Notes: a model not told the origin generated them from the letters alone. Positions 1 to 14,200 are shown, counted from the first letter of the stretch. The stretch is 64,000 nucleotides of DNA from Eledone cirrhosa (GCA_964016885.1 OZ024740.1:198214001-198278000), one strand, 5' to 3'. Numbers and translations are program-made.

Positions 1-2126
1 TGGTGTTGGTGCTGGATGGGGTATGGTGAGGAAAGTGACGACAATAGTTAATTTTTTTAAAGTAACATATATACATTTTTTACTTCTCAAATAATTAAGG
101 CATGTGTTAAACTAACCTTTTATATATAATTAAGTTTCCAATTATATTAGCTCATTCAATTACAATTAATAAAGTACAGATTGAAATACTTAATAACAAG
201 GATTTACAGTGTTTTACGAGTTAAATTTTCTAGGGCTATAAAATTAACTGATGTTCTTGTTAAGGTATATAATATCAATAAGCAGGGTAAAACAAAGATC
301 ATATTATCATTAAGCTATTATACATAAGGAAATATTAAATAAAAGACATAAATTGTGATAATGATAATTATCTGACAACTTAAATGATACAATGATCAAA
401 TCTATTATTGTCTTAGTTGCCAATGACAATTGAATTTCCATGACGCCAGCTGGTACGAAGGTTTATGCACTATATCTAAATTTATTTCAACTCATTTCTT
501 TTCCCTTTCCTTTTCCGTTTAACTAATCTGTCTCGACCTCGTTTCTCGCTCAAATGTCTTGCCTCCTATTTATTATATTTATTATATTTATTATATTGCA
601 AAATAATCTTTTTATATACACCGATTGACAATGAATTGCGAAAAGTGCATGCTCAAAGTTGACTAGTTTCCTCATATGTGTTTGGAAAATACTTCTTAAT
701 TTCTTTTTAAAAAACAACATCACCTTAACTAAAGGAAAAAACTCAAAATCTTCCCGCCATAACAATTTTCTTGAGGTTTCTCAAAGTTCCATGAATCTAA
801 CTTTGTACCATCGTTGTACATAGCTACGTTTATACAACATATGAATCCAGTGAACTTGTGATTCTTTATTTATCATAAATTCATGGAATTATTAGAAAGT
901 GAGCCCTAGTGTAAAACTTGTCAATGATGAGGCCCTTATGAAGATTTCAATCATACGTTTTGTATTAACAAAATATTCACTAGCGATTGCTATATGGTGG
1001 TAATAACTACTCCTTCAAAATGTAAGTCGAGTAATTTGATCTATCAACAACTAAATGAAGCCTACATGGACACTAACTATAAAGGATGGTGAGAACGAAG
1101 GACAAGGGTACTCCAAGTTACTTTATTGCTCTATCAATCATAATATGGTAGAAAATGATGTATAAGCAATATGACTGTTGAATAAGGTGCACGCCATTAT
1201 GGATCTACGGTAGAATCATGCTCTTCCGTTTATGCATGGTCTCAGCAGACGTAATGTCGAAAGTGTTAGCTCAGTGGGGTTTATTGTTGTGGTTGACCAA
1301 CTTCTTCGCGATCGCATGCCTTCTATGGTAAACGTATCAAACTGCAGCCTGTACTTCAAAAACATACGACCTTGAAGATCATTAAACATTTTTCTTCAAA
1401 TATAGATGTCAATATTATTTGTCAACCTCTCTATGAATATCATATGTCTTTTTGTATGAAACAATGAAACAAAGTATTATGTTATATACTGGAACTTAAA
1501 TTAGATTGCCAATTATTTTGTTTGTGTTTTTAGAAATAAAAATCATTACAGAACCCTACAATTCTTTTCCCTTCATTAAACAATATTTGAAGATTCGTTT
1601 CTATGAATTTCTTATTTTGTATCTCTTTAAATTTTATATAGCATATCTCTTAAACACTATTTATCTGTTGCAACTATAATTTTTTCCTCATGTAAACTTT
1701 GGAATTTTACTTTACAGGAAATATATTTCTTTTTACAACATTGCGGGAACTCTGGTCTTTTACGTGCAAATGTTTGCTGCTAAATAAAGTATTAATATGT
1801 GCCGACGCAGTGATTCCCTCAAGATCAACAAGATAAAGTTTGCAAACATTCAATTTGGTTGAGTTGGAAATAAAAAAAATTCTTTAACTCTAAATCTTAT
1901 TACAAATGGACGCTTGAAAATGTAATTTCTGCAAGAAATGTTGTGTTGTGAAGAACATTATAAATCTACAAGTGGTAAGAGAAATATCATATATTGGATT
2001 CAGCTCACTAGGGCCATATATCAAATATCAACTTCAAAGCAATAGACAGCGAAATATATAAATATGATATCCCAAAATTCATACCATTCTCAGGGGGCTT
2101 TATTGGTTGCGTTATTTAAATTGTTA

Positions 2127-2314
2127 AAGGCGGTGGATTGGCAGTATCGGTAGAGGGTCGGATGCCATGCTTTCCAGCATAGTTACGTCCCTTAACGATC
2201 TGAGTTCAAACCCCGCTGAGGTTGACTTTGCCTTTCATCCTTACGGGGTCGATAAAATAAAGTACCAGTAATACACTGGGTAATTGCTGGCCTTGTGCCA
2301 AAAAATAGAAACAT
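2127..2314 (+). mobile_element. tRNA-derived SINE, full length (family A)
   Basis: tRNA-like head (tggcagtatcgg; gagttcaaaccc B-box-like), central gactttgcctttcatccttacggggtcgataaaataaagtaccag, tail ggccttgtgcc...tagaaaca. 15-bp TSD ttatttaaattgtta at 2112-2126 and 2315-2329. About 10 copies in the window. Confidence 0.9.
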
Positions 2315-3099
2315 TTATTTAAATTGTTATTGTCATTGTAGTGGCGGTTTTGGTTCCACAGTCTTGGACCATTTGTGAATAAGGTGCCGTTTAAATATAT
2401 GTAATACACCGCAAATCATTCCTTTAACTCTCTTAAATACAAGCATTCTTAAAACAGCCCACACACTGCCACATTCAACATCCCAAATATAATGACTCCG
2501 TTGATATTTAAAAGGAAAAATAATTATTTACAGCATGTTTGACTAGGTCTCATCTTTAATATCATATTAAAGGTTTCATTTGACAGGAGCATTCTCGAGT
2601 GTGTTACTGAAAATAGAGTTAACCCTATCATGAATGTTTCAAAAATGATTATGAGATCATCAGTTCGATTCAGGGACCGAACGGCGGGGTTTGCACGCGA
2701 GCAATTTATCAACTAGGACACGCGCATTCTAGTTAATAACAGTTAGCCTAAATTACTTGATGCTCTCAGTGCAAACAATATATTCCTTTGACTTGTAAAT
2801 GTTAAATATCATAAAATATTGAAATATTCCTAATTTGTAATTCCATGCATAAAATATTTTCATTACTAGATCTGTTTGATCATTTCTCCCTTCCTTTGTT
2901 CCTACGATCAAATCTCTTTCTTTTTCTCTCTTTCCTCATGATTTACTTTCTTGATCTCTCACTTCCACTATCTGCAATAATGAGGTATGCATATCTTATT
3001 ATTATTTAAATTTTTAAAAGTTATATAAGTTTATGTATTATATATTATTAGTTATTAATTATTATATATCTTTATACACATTCTCATACGCACCCTCTG

Positions 3100-3422
3100 T
3101 ATTATATGTAAATTTCATGTTTCAACTTAAAATATAAAAATATTGAGTTTTCTCATGACTAATCACTGCCATGACTGAATTATAACCATCAACATAGTCA
3201 AGGTATGTCAGGCATCAACTTATTTTATCGGATGAGGACGTACTGTTGAAATAGCTCAGTACCTCTGAAATATGTATAATAAAATATATTTGATCACATG
3301 AATGTCTATATTTATTAATATTTTGAAGTAATATTAATAATTCCAGAAAACCATCTGTAGAGTGATTCTAATCTATTGTGAAACTTTATTCATTGATTAA
3401 TTCATTGAACCTTGTTAAAATG

Positions 3423-3427
<5 letters not shown>
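3100..3427 (+). mobile_element. Solo PLE 3' end/pseudo-LTR fragment with degenerate hammerhead (3221-3286)
   Basis: Homologous to 34980-35110 (3' end of the PLE at 32346-35110) and to 21949-22101. Stem I tattttat/ataaaata, core cggatga (mutated CUGAUGA), gaaa, tatgta-ta. Ends in (TA)n. Confidence 0.65.

Positions 3428-3504
<77 letters not shown>
3428..3504. repeat. (TA)n microsatellite, representative of many (e.g. 3839-3893, 4701-4752, 19977-20030, 21082-21176, 31827-31910)
   Basis: Directly visible dinucleotide tracts. Confidence 0.95.
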
Positions 3505-3509
<5 letters not shown>

Positions 3510-3830
3510 GGGTCTTGCAGAGAAATTAAGACAATTTTTGCGATGCATAAAACTGGTTATGAATTACTAAAAAAATGGTATTAGATATAACATTAATGTA
3601 ACATTTATTACAACAAAAACATTTATCACTCAATACGGCCGCCTTTTGGGGGCAATTACTGCCTCCTCACGAGAACAAACTTTTTTTGCAGCAACCTCAA
3701 CCGCCACTTTTTTGTGTTGGGTTATATCCGCAGTAATAGAGCACTCAGTCAATGGGACAAGTTAAACGGAGCTGAAGATTCGTTAAGGTGAAAAATAATT
3801 GTCCTCGGAAATTGTTTACTGACTGTTGTG
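3505..3830 (-). mobile_element. Tc1/mariner-family transposon 3' remnant
   Basis: - strand reads EAVIAPKGGRIE*, resembling Tc1/mariner transposase C-termini, followed by a TIR-like end (cagggtcttgcagagaaattaagac on +) next to TA. Confidence 0.4.
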
Positions 3831-3836
3831 GAACTA

Positions 3837-3897
<61 letters not shown>

Positions 3898-4478
3898 AGG
3901 GTTGACGGACCCAGCATATTTATCAATGCCAGTACCGGTTGTATCTCAGCGCACTCAATGGGCAATGTAAGATACACTAACCAGAGTATACACCGAGTTA
4001 TTTGCCTCAACACAACACATGTAAAACGGGTGCCTATAAGGTTCCCGGACTCGAGTTTCTGCCGCATTAATGCAGCAGTAAGGTGTACTGCATCATCTGT
4101 CTACATATATTATGCAACAATGCACAATCGGCTTATGAGGCTTCATCACTGGGTATCGCCTAATCAATAACCAATCGATCGACAGAATCCAAACACCGGC
4201 TCATACCGGTTATGACTGTTTGTGACAACCGACACGGTTAAGCGATTAGCAACTGGCAACCGATAGGACTCTATCTCTCAACTAGCCACTGATTTACAAA
4301 TTCTACGTGGGGACGGGAAGCTAAAAAGAATCAATCTTTTAGTTCCTGTCAGAAGCCCTCAGCCAACGTGTCTCACACACAAATTATCAAGGGGTGAAAA
4401 GATGGCTATTAGAAATAGCAGTTCAGATTGATATAACATACAATGGTAGCATTTGATATAAAATAGAATGGTAGCATT

Positions 4479-4694
4479 TATAAATATAATTTCCATTTAT
4501 TTAATAACATGGTATATATATATATATATATATATATAAAGAAAAAAAGATGAAATCGAAAATGCAACTGGAGTCTTATTTAAAAATATATATTTAAAAA
4601 ATAAAATAAGACTCCAGTTGCATTTTCGATTTCATCTTTTTTTCACTCGTGTAGGACACCTCGGTTATTTTTCATTTTGTAAAAAAAACCTCAC

Positions 4695-4755
<61 letters not shown>

Positions 4756-4788
4756 ATGATATTAAATAAATGGAAACTATATTTATAA
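4479..4788. repeat. Nested inverted repeats around (TA)n
   Basis: Inner arms aaaaaaagatgaaatcgaaaatgcaactggagtcttattt (~4542-4581) and reverse complement (~4604-4643). Outer arms ~4479-4514 and ~4752-4788. Confidence 0.85.
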
Positions 4789-5077
4789 AACCATATTTAT
4801 TTTATTATATATATTTGAAGGGCAACCAAACCAACCTTGGGGCGCGGCGCTTTGATCAGATAAAATAAAAAAGTTTGTTTTATAAATAAAGACGTACTCA
4901 TGAAAATCATACCTTATCTGTCGGAAATTCACTGGATAGTGGAAACATATTAGGGATTATTCAAAGTTATGTGTGAATATGCAAATGAATGTGTAAATAA
5001 TTGAAAAAACAACCGTTTATTTAAATGACGCTGGGGAAAGTTAGGGAAGAAAGAGAGAGAGAAAAAATATTAATATT

Positions 5078-5183
5078 TGTTTCTACTTTAGGCACAAGGC
5101 CAGCAATAACCCAGTTCATTACTGGTACTTAATTTTATCGAGCCCGTAAGGATGAAAGGCAAAGTCAACCTCGGCGGGATTTG
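5078..5183 (-). mobile_element. SINE family A, 5'-truncated
   Basis: Matches the 3' half of 2127-2314. 17-bp TSD gaaaaaatattaatatt at 5061-5077 and 5183-5199. Confidence 0.9.
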
Positions 5184-5914
5184 AAAAAATATTAATATTA
5201 CGAGATAGATAGAGGAAAGAAATTTACAAGATGGTGAATAGAACTCATGTAACGTAAATAAGTTTTAAGTTTATATCTACTAATGGTACGTATATTTACT
5301 ATTATTTTGTTGTTAGAAAGTATATAGAAAAAATAGATTTATATAGAAAAATAAATATATATAAAAAATTAGATTGAAAAATATATTGAAAAGTAAATAG
5401 ATAGAAAATAGATAAATAGAACAATCAATAGATAGAAAAATAGATAGAAACATAGATATATGAATGGATAGATGGGTATATCTTGTTATAGATAATTGTT
5501 TTAATGAGTTATGAGGGATATTGGTTTAAATTTATTGTAAGTAATTAAATTTACTGAGTTAATAAGAATATTTATATATTTTAAATGTTTTAAATTGAGA
5601 AGATACGGAAAAAAACACCAGTTTTGTTTGTTTATTAGTTATTATGAGACCATTTTGTCAAAGATATAAATATATTTAGCCTGAATTAGTTATTGGTTAT
5701 AAATTTAATAAAAGATATTAAAAAAATTTATTTAAAAATATTAAGAAAATATTAAAGAATTCTGGAAAAATAAAAAAAAAGTAATGTTTTAAAAAATATA
5801 AGTAATTTTTTAAAAATAAGTAATTTCTAAAATATATGAAATATTTTAGAAGTAAAAAATAAAGAATAAAAATGAAAAATGAAAGATTTAAGAAGTAAAC
5901 AATAAACATTTAAA

Positions 5915-6050
5915 AAGTAAAAAATAAAAAAATAAAAAAATAAAAAAATAAAAAAATAAAAAAATAAAAAAATAAAAAAATAAAAAAATAAAAATATAAA
6001 AATATAAAAAAATAAAAAAATAAAAAAATAAAAAAATAAAAAAATAAAGA
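5915..6050. repeat. (TAAAAAAA)n 8-mer tandem repeat
   Basis: Directly visible. Confidence 0.9.
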
Positions 6051-6693
6051 ATTAAAAAACTTTAAAAAATATTAAATTTAAAGTTAAAATTAAAAATTTA
6101 GGATCATATATGTATATAATTTAAGAAAATTTAATAAGTGAAATTATAAGAAGTGAAATTATAGCAAACAATATATGGAAATAAGTAGAAATATTATAAG
6201 TGTAATTATAATTTATATATAGTTTTAAACGTTGAATTTAGGCGATGTTTACAAGAACTAAATAAATTCATACGTATATTAAAAGAGTTCTTACATTTAA
6301 GTATGAAGAAAATTTCCTCAACACACAATTTGCGAAATCTAGATGAAGCTGTGTCTTGGTAGGCAGGTGCTTTGAAATTATTTCCCAAGTTAAAGAATAG
6401 TCCATATTTTTGGATTTTAAGTTCCATATCAGGTTTGATAGAATAGTTGAAGATTTTTTTACCAATATTATTAAACTAGCATTTGTGATTATTAAAACGA
6501 GTTTTAAAGTCTGTAGAAATTGAACCTACATAGTTAAATATATTAACACTGGTTTTGACTGTGTATTTATAGACACATCCTTATCTAAGCATTTATTTTT
6601 TAAAGGACAGTTTGTTTTAATTCTACAATTACATTTAGCGGAGTTGATGTTATTCGGAACGGTATTATTAAGTTGGTTATTGCTAGAGATATT

Positions 6694-6880
6694 TTTTGTT
6701 TCTACTTTAGGCACAAGGCCAGCAATTACCCAGTTCATTACTGGTACTTTATTTTATCGACCCCGTAAGGATGAAAGGCAAAGTCAACCTCGGCGGGATT
6801 TGAACTCAGATCGTAAAGGGACGTAACTATGCTGGAAAGCATGGCGTCCGACCCTCTACCGATACTGCCAATCCACCGCC
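6694..6880 (-). mobile_element. SINE family A, full length, inserted in PLE
   Basis: Reverse complement of family A. 18-bp TSD gttattgctagagatatt at 6676-6693 and 6881-6898. The empty site is visible in the PLE copy near 62650. Confidence 0.92.
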
Positions 6881-7330
6881 GTTATTGCTAGAGATATTAC
6901 TGCTATTTTGGTTATGGTTTAAATTCCTATTATTGATTCTATTCATATTTTGTGCTAAGTTCATAGTAGTAGAGTAAGATAGTTTTATTGTATGTCTGTT
7001 AAAGATTGAGTGGTATCTATGGGCTTTAGGAAAACATTTATCTAGAGCTTTAAAGAATAGCTTAGCTAAAGGTGTTTTAACGCTTAATGAGAAAGGTGAA
7101 TACCAAATTATATTTCTGGTTATATTTCTTCTGTTAGTTTTAGAGTTTAAGTTAGGTTTTTTTATTGTAATTATAATTAATAGTAGGGTTATTTGCCTTA
7201 TCATGGAATATTTACTCCAGTAACCTGGTGAGTGCTCTAAATCAGTTATAAACATTTGTTTGTCGGAATTCCAATAAATTAAATACAACTTCTACACATA
7301 TATATATATCAATATTTATAAGGACTAAAT

Positions 7331-7377
<47 letters not shown>

Positions 7378-8091
7378 CATATACTGCTTATAACTATTGA
7401 TGTGATCATGTGTTTTGGTCGAGTGTCTGACTTACAGAGCAGTTTTCAATTTGGTCTGGAGATGGTGGTCTGGGTGGTGTAGTATATGTGTTTATACAGG
7501 AAATGTGTAAATCAAACTAATAAAGATAAGGGATAGGCATGTTTGTTTGTTTGATGAGAGTGGATACCTGAAAAGAGGGCATTGTGATGGTGAGATAAAA
7601 ATTAATTGAATATATTGAGAGGGATGAGCTGACTGAATCAAATCTATTAAATGAAGAAATTTTAAACAGCATGATATGGGTTAGGTATTAAAAAGTTATG
7701 TGAGAAAGAAGGGTGATTTATTTTCTACAAACATGTGACACGTACTCTTATACATACCTGCACACAGGAATACATACACGCACACACAGTGACACAAAAT
7801 ATACTATACCAAGAATTTTTAAAGTCTTGCGCTGTAAACACATACACACTCATTATATATATATATATATATATATGTGTATGTAGATTTAACACTTCAC
7901 TGCTCGCAAGTGTTCTTTAAGCTTCATATCATGTCTCCCTATTTTATCTGAGAACGCAAATATCATCATGGGAGGATATTTGTTTTTGAAATGCACATAA
8001 TAAAATACATGGAACTCTTTTAACCATCTTTTGATCTTATATTATATATATGTATATATATATATATATACATACATATATGTATATATAT

Positions 8092-8128
<37 letters not shown>

Positions 8129-8229
8129 CTAGGGGTTGTAGGATTACTGTAGGTTCAACAGAGTGAGCACTCAACGCATACTTTCCAGTAAGTATATAGG
8201 TGTAGTACTAAGCAGAGTGTAATTGTAAT

Positions 8230-8510
8230 AATAATAAAAATGACGATTTGTTATATGTTCATTACGTTTACTGAGTGGTGACGCGCGTTTCGCTACTGAT
8301 CAGCTCAAGGTTTGATCTGTATCGAAAGTATCTGAATAACAGGCTCGTCGGATTTCTGTTGTGGTAATGAGAGAAGTCCGACGAGCTTTTGATTCCAGAA
8401 TCGTGCTAGATCGATACAGATCGAACCATGATCTAATCAATAGTGAAACGTGAGTCACTACTCAATAAATATAATGAAGACATAACAAATCATCCTTTTT
8501 ATTAATTATA
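8230..8510. repeat. Old imperfect inverted repeat (~130-bp arms)
   Basis: gatttgttat..tgagtggtgacgcgcgtttcgctac..gatctgtatcga..gctcgtcggatttct mirrored by agaagtccgacgagc..tcgatacagatc..gtgaaacgtgagtcactactca..ataacaaatc. Confidence 0.8.
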
Positions 8511-8539
8511 ATAACAATAATGATAATAATAATAATGAT

Positions 8540-10975
8540 TTCATGTATTAGCCACCAAGGCCGACATGTAGGGGACAATACAAAGACAGGGACAGTGGGG
8601 GTTTACAATAAGGTCGAGTAAAAGTGCACAATGGCAAGACTAATTTAACAATGAAAATATAAAAATATAAAATAAACTATGCATAAATATAACAAAATAA
8701 ATTCCCCGATAGGGGGTGTACGACCCTGGGGTGCTTCAGGTACCCCACCAATTCTGAACCACCCTGCGCTTCTAGGGCACCCAGGGAGAGTACCCCTCTC
8801 CTCAAGTTAGCTAGCCTATAGGCGCATGGTCAGAGTAGGTCCATTCACACGAGCCATTCTCGCCACATTCACCCACCTTTTAGCAAATGTACTGGGGGGC
8901 AGCACTTCTCTCTCCACCCTCACCTTCCTTTCCAGGTGAAACTTGAAGAAGTTGATGAGGGATTGGCTGAAGAGAAAAGTGTCTGTTTTTAGTCATTTCA
9001 ACCTGGTCCACCATATAATCTCTTTCGCAACTGCCACCAGACAGAGGAAAATTTACTGCTCTTTCTGACCTAAGGAAGGCGGTGGATCGATCTTCACTAT
9101 GGACTCGGCCGATAGCCGGATTCGTTCCACACGCGACAGTAGCTGTTCGACATAACTCCACAAGTCAGTAATGCACGGACATTGGACAAGTGGGTGCAGA
9201 AAGGTTTCGTCGTTCTGTGCGCATATTGGGCAGGTCCGTCTGGCAGCACTTCCGTGCCTGTAGAGTTTATCCCGAACCGGCAGTTCCCCCCGGTAGCACT
9301 GCCAAGCGAGGGATTTCTGGAAATTGTCCATCGTCCCCGGCTCAAAAGTCCTCCGGTACAGACTGGTCAATTCGACTTCGTCGAGGCCCAAAGCTTCTCC
9401 GAGTGCGTCATCGCACTTGCCCACCACTAATCCTCTATAGAACTCGAGAGTGGAAGTTCCACTGATCGCACTGCCCGCTTGGTAGAGGGCAGTGAGTACC
9501 TGGCAACATTCCAGGTGCCAGTCACCCAGTCTCGGTCTTTTCTTGAGCAAGGAGTGCAGCTCAGTCAAAGAAATGAGCTGCGGATAGGCCCGTCTGATAA
9601 ACGGCGACCACACCTCTTCACCGTTGAGGCAGGATATCTGGAGATGTCGAAGACTCAACGCATGTATGCGCATCATTAGCCACGGCATGCCCAGACCTCC
9701 GCGTAGAGGGTGCTGGCAGCAGATGGACCGCCTCACCAACGGAACTTGTCCCCTACACAAGAATTTGAAGAGGAGCCGTTCCAGCTTGACGAGGCGCCGA
9801 CGGGGGTAAGGCACGAAGGTCAGGCGGTAGTAGATGACGGACGCGATGTACGCATTCGCCACCTCCGCGCGACCTTTCAGTGATAGCTTCCTCCCAGCCC
9901 ATTTTTGGGTGAGACTGGCTACTCTGCTCGTTACCTCGTCCCAATTCTTTTCCACCTGGAGGTCTGGTCCGAACCAAACCCCGAGCAACTTTACCAGTCC
10001 GTCCATCCAGCGCCCCACGACCCTGTTGGACGGCATGGGCTTGCTTCTCCAGGTTCCGAGCTGCAAGCCCACCGACTTTTCCGGGTTAAGTTTGGCTCCT
10101 GTCAACCTTTCATATTCCTTCAATAAGGTGCCGACCACCTCGATTTCTGAGGTGTTCGACACCATCACGGTGATGTTGTCTGTATAAGCCGACACCGCCT
10201 TTCCACGTCCCGGTTCAAGCGGGATGCCCTGCAACAGCTCCAGCTTCGCAGTAAAGGCTCGAGAATCAATACGTACAGAAGGTAAGAGAGAGGGCACCCT
10301 TGACGGACCGATCGGGAGAGCCGAAATGGTTCCGAGAGGTGGCCATTAACCTTGACCACCGAGCATGTGTCGCTGTGCATTGCAACGATCCAGCTTCTAA
10401 AGACAGGGCCGAAGCCAGCTGCTTTGAGGACAAACTCCAGATACCGATGGTGGACCCTATCGAATGCTTTCGATTGATCCAAATTGATCAGCGCCCCACG
10501 GAAGCCTGGTTTTCGCCCTATCCTCTCTATGATGTATCGCATGAGGTGGAGATTGTCGCGTATGGACCTGGCTAGGATTGCGCAAGTTTGCGCCTCCCCA
10601 ACCAAATCCTCGACGACAATCTCCAATCTCTTTGCTAACACATTGGCCAAAATCTTAAACTCTGTGTTGAGCAGAGTTATGGGCCTGAAGTTGTCTAATG
10701 TATCCCTCTTGTTCTCGTCTTTCCTTATCAGAGTCACCAATCCCCTGCTCACAGAACTGGGAATACTCCCATTCTGCTGCCAGTTGCAGTAGAGTGCTTC
10801 GAGGAGTTCGGAGAAACAAGTCAGGCATATTTACGTAAACTCGTAGGGCAGGCCATCTAAACCGGGTGACTTGCGCCTCATGCAGCCGACAAGGGCGTCC
10901 TGAATTTCGGCTGAAGTAATCGGCCTTTCGCAGCGCTCAGCGTCGACTATCGAGATGCGCGGCAAGCCATCAATC
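8540..10975 (-). mobile_element. L1/Tx1-type LINE, 3' half of ORF2 (RT + C-terminal zinc finger) and 3' UTR, frameshifted
   Basis: NFRPITLLNTEFKILANVLAKRL, LDQSKAFDRV, VRQGCPLS, AYTDN (decayed YADD), GGLGMP, CPICAQNDETFLHPLVQC. 3' end next to (TTA)n. Confidence 0.92.
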
Positions 10976-11259
10976 TCCCACTGCCTCCTGCTAGGTACTA
11001 CTAGCACAGAACCGCCACCACCACCACCGCCACTGCCTCATTATCACTGCCGCCGCTATTCTCTCCCACTAGCCCCTGCTACATCGTAGTGTCCCCACTA
11101 AAAGAGGAAGGCATCAAAATATATAAATAGACTGAATTGATGACCCGGTCAAAATCAAAAAGCCAAAAATCAAAATCAAAGCAGCACAGCAACAACGAAA
11201 AACGTAAAGAAAAGAAAGATGAGAAAAACAAACAGACGGACAGAGAAGGGAAGGGAAAA

Positions 11260-14200
11260 ACTAAGTCAGACATTCAAACATGACATTACAATGAAACTTA
11301 TGCTTATTCATTTTTTTTTTTTTTTTGCCTGTTTGTTTGTTTGTTTATTTATGTTCGTCTACAGCGTGATAATGCCACACAAATATCACCGGGAGTGACG
11401 AAATCACCAGTGGTTATGTAACCATACATTCGCCAATCCTCGATAAGAGTGTTTAAATGTCGAACCTAAGCAGTTCGAATAACGGTGAAATGGAGACTAG
11501 AATGTCATGTGACAGACTCTCACCCAACAGGTGTTCCCTGGCTCAGCAGCAGAGACCTGGTTGTCAACCAAATACTGCTGGTGTCGGAGGAAGAAGAAGA
11601 AGGAAAGGGACCAGAACCAACTGGACAAAAGAATTGAATAGAACTGTTATGCAATGTTACCTGAAGAGTAACCCAGGGAGAAAGGCTATAGGAAACGGAT
11701 GCATAACATCTGGAACGAGATTGGTCTATTTAAATTAGATGAACAAAAATTGGCCGGGCAGGATCGGGTAATAAGAACTAATGGGTGGATAAGCGAGCTG
11801 GAACTGGAGGAACTGAGCAGAGAGATTAGCTTGGAAATGGAGAGTGGAGTATGCCAGGCAAACGAGCCAGTGGGAAATGAAGGTGAGGAGGTCGAGAAAA
11901 AGGAGGAACCACCCGAAGCAGACAATGATATGAATGCTGAGATAAACAATACCTGGAACAGAGATACGGCCACTGAGGAGATGAACGCTGACGGGCTAGG
12001 ACAAGATTTGGTTGATATCCTAAACTTAGTGGTAGATGAATTGAACAATGATAGTGGGAAACCTATGAACCTAAAATTTGTAGACAGGAAAAAGTTAAAA
12101 GAAACAACAGCTAAGGTAAACAAAGTCATCCCATACCTTGAGGCGAGGAGCCTTCACCAGTGCAACACTATCCTCAAAGCAACAGCAAATACGGTGAGGA
12201 AACTACTTGAGACCCTACTGAATGGGACACTAAAAAACATAGACACTAAAAATAGACTGGAAATAAAGTACAAAACTAGGAGGAAAAAACTAAATATTAT
12301 CATAGAGGAACTGAAGCAACGCATTGTAGCAAAAAGTGCAAAAATCAGGCGATACGAGAACAGAGTCAGTCAGTATAGACAGAACCGCATGTTCGACAAC
12401 AACCAGAAGATGCTGTTTGGACAACTTGAGTGGAAAGAAAGAGGAGACGACTTGATCCCTGAGACGGAACAAACTAAAACATTCTGGAGAGGAATATGGG
12501 AGCAGAATGTTAAACATAATGACCAGGCAGTGTGGATTGAAACAGTACAGAAGGAGATCAGTGAACAGACACACCAACAAACTGATTTGAGTATCACAGT
12601 TGAAACTCTTAAGGGGCAGGTAAAAAAACTAACCAACTGGAAATCACCAGGCCCAGATGGTGTGCAGGGGTATTGGATTAAAAATATAACATCCCTCCAC
12701 CCGAAACTGACAATCATGTTCAATGACTGCTTGATGTCCGGTGAGATACCATAGTGGTTGAGAAAAGGTACCACAGTTCTGATAATGAAAGACCGAATCA
12801 AGGGTAATGATGTTACCATCTATAGACCTATCACATGTCTGTCCGTAATGTGGAAACTGTTGACAAGCATCGTGTCTGAGGAAATCTACCATCACCTCCA
12901 CACAAACAACTTGTTACCGGACGAACAGAAAGGATGCTGAAAGAAGTCACGTGGTACAAAGGACCAGTGACTTGATAAGATGGTAATGAGGAATTGCAAG
13001 AAGAGACACACTGGTCTTGCCATGTGATGGATAGACTACAAAAAGGCATTTGACATGTTTCCTCATTCTTGGATCACCAAAAGCCTGGAGATCTTCAAGG
13101 TGGCAGATAACATCAGACAGTTGTTAGGCAAAAGTATGAAGTCCTGGGAAACAGAGTTAACATCAACTGGAGAATCCTTGGGAAGCGTGAAGATCAAGAG
13201 AGGTATCTTCCAGGGAGATAGTCTGTCCCCTCTGTTGTTTGTCCTTGCCCTGATGCCCCTGACCAGTGTACTGCGAAAAGTGAGAGCAGGATACATGTTT
13301 GGAAAGGGAGGGCTTACCATCAATCACCTGCTCTTCATGGACGATCTTAAGCTGCTCGGGAAGAGTGAGAAAGAGTTGGATGTGCTTGTTGACACTGTCC
13401 GTATTTTCAGCAGTGATATATCTATGCAATTTGGTATTAGTAAGTGTGGAGTCCTTGTGAGGAAGAGGGGTAAATTAAGCAGAAGTAACGGAATCCAGGT
13501 ACCAACATGTGAGATGATAAAGGAAATTGACTCTGAAGAAGGATACAAGTATTTGGGTGTTCTGGAGGCTGATGACATCAAGAACAAAAAAAATGAAGGA
13601 ATTGATAAGAACTGAATACATTCGGAGAGTAAGGAGCGTATTAAAATCACATCTGTACAGTAGGAATGCCATAAGTGCAGTAAATTCCCGAGCTGTGTCT
13701 ATTATTAGGTACAGTGCGTGAATTCTGAGATGGAATGTTGCTGAACAAAAAGAAATGGATAGGAAGACTAGGAAGCTATTGACTATTTACAACATGTTCC
13801 ACAAGAGGAGTGATGTCGATAGACTCTACTTAAAGAGATCTGAAGGTGGAAGAGGTCTTATCAGCATAGAGGACTGTGTTCAGATGGAGAAAAACAACCT
13901 ACACAAATACGTGACTGATAGTAAGGAGCCAATACTCAAACTGTACTGAAGGAGGGGACAATAGACCAGGGGATGTCCAAGGAGGAAATAACATCAAGGA
14001 GAAAGAGCAGCCTTCAGGAAAAATCCCTTCATAGTACCTTCTTTGAGAAAACTGAATTCAGAGATCCACAGACATGGAACTGATGAAAAGAGGAGACCTT
14101 AAAAAGGCTACAGAATAAATGTTAATGGCTGCGCAGGAGCAGGCCCTCAAAACGAAGTGGTTGAAACACCATATTTACAAGGAGGAGTCTAGCCCACTGT

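Larger units (their letters stand above)
5300..7295 (-). mobile_element. Penelope-like element, 5'-truncated and decayed (linker, GIY-YIG, AT-rich 3' region)
   Basis: ORF fragments IIWYSPFSLSVKTPLAKLFFKALDKCFP..HSIFNRHTIKLSYS and KCNCRIKTNCPLKNKCLD. Same family as 61240-63945, including the 3' non-coding part. Interrupted by a SINE. Confidence 0.85.

Noticed and set aside
2127-2215. tRNA-like A/B boxes
   Set aside because: Heads of SINEs with no complete cloverleaf, so not tRNA genes
4340-4400. cccc-ttgataa on the - strand resembling the U3-A8 hammerhead start
   Set aside because: No GAAA or pairing stems found downstream
9182-10792. + strand ORFs overlapping the Tx1 segments (also 25-27 kb and 51-54 kb) and - strand ORFs over the Dong copies
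   Set aside because: Antisense shadow frames of GC-richer LINE coding sequence with no recognisable motifs
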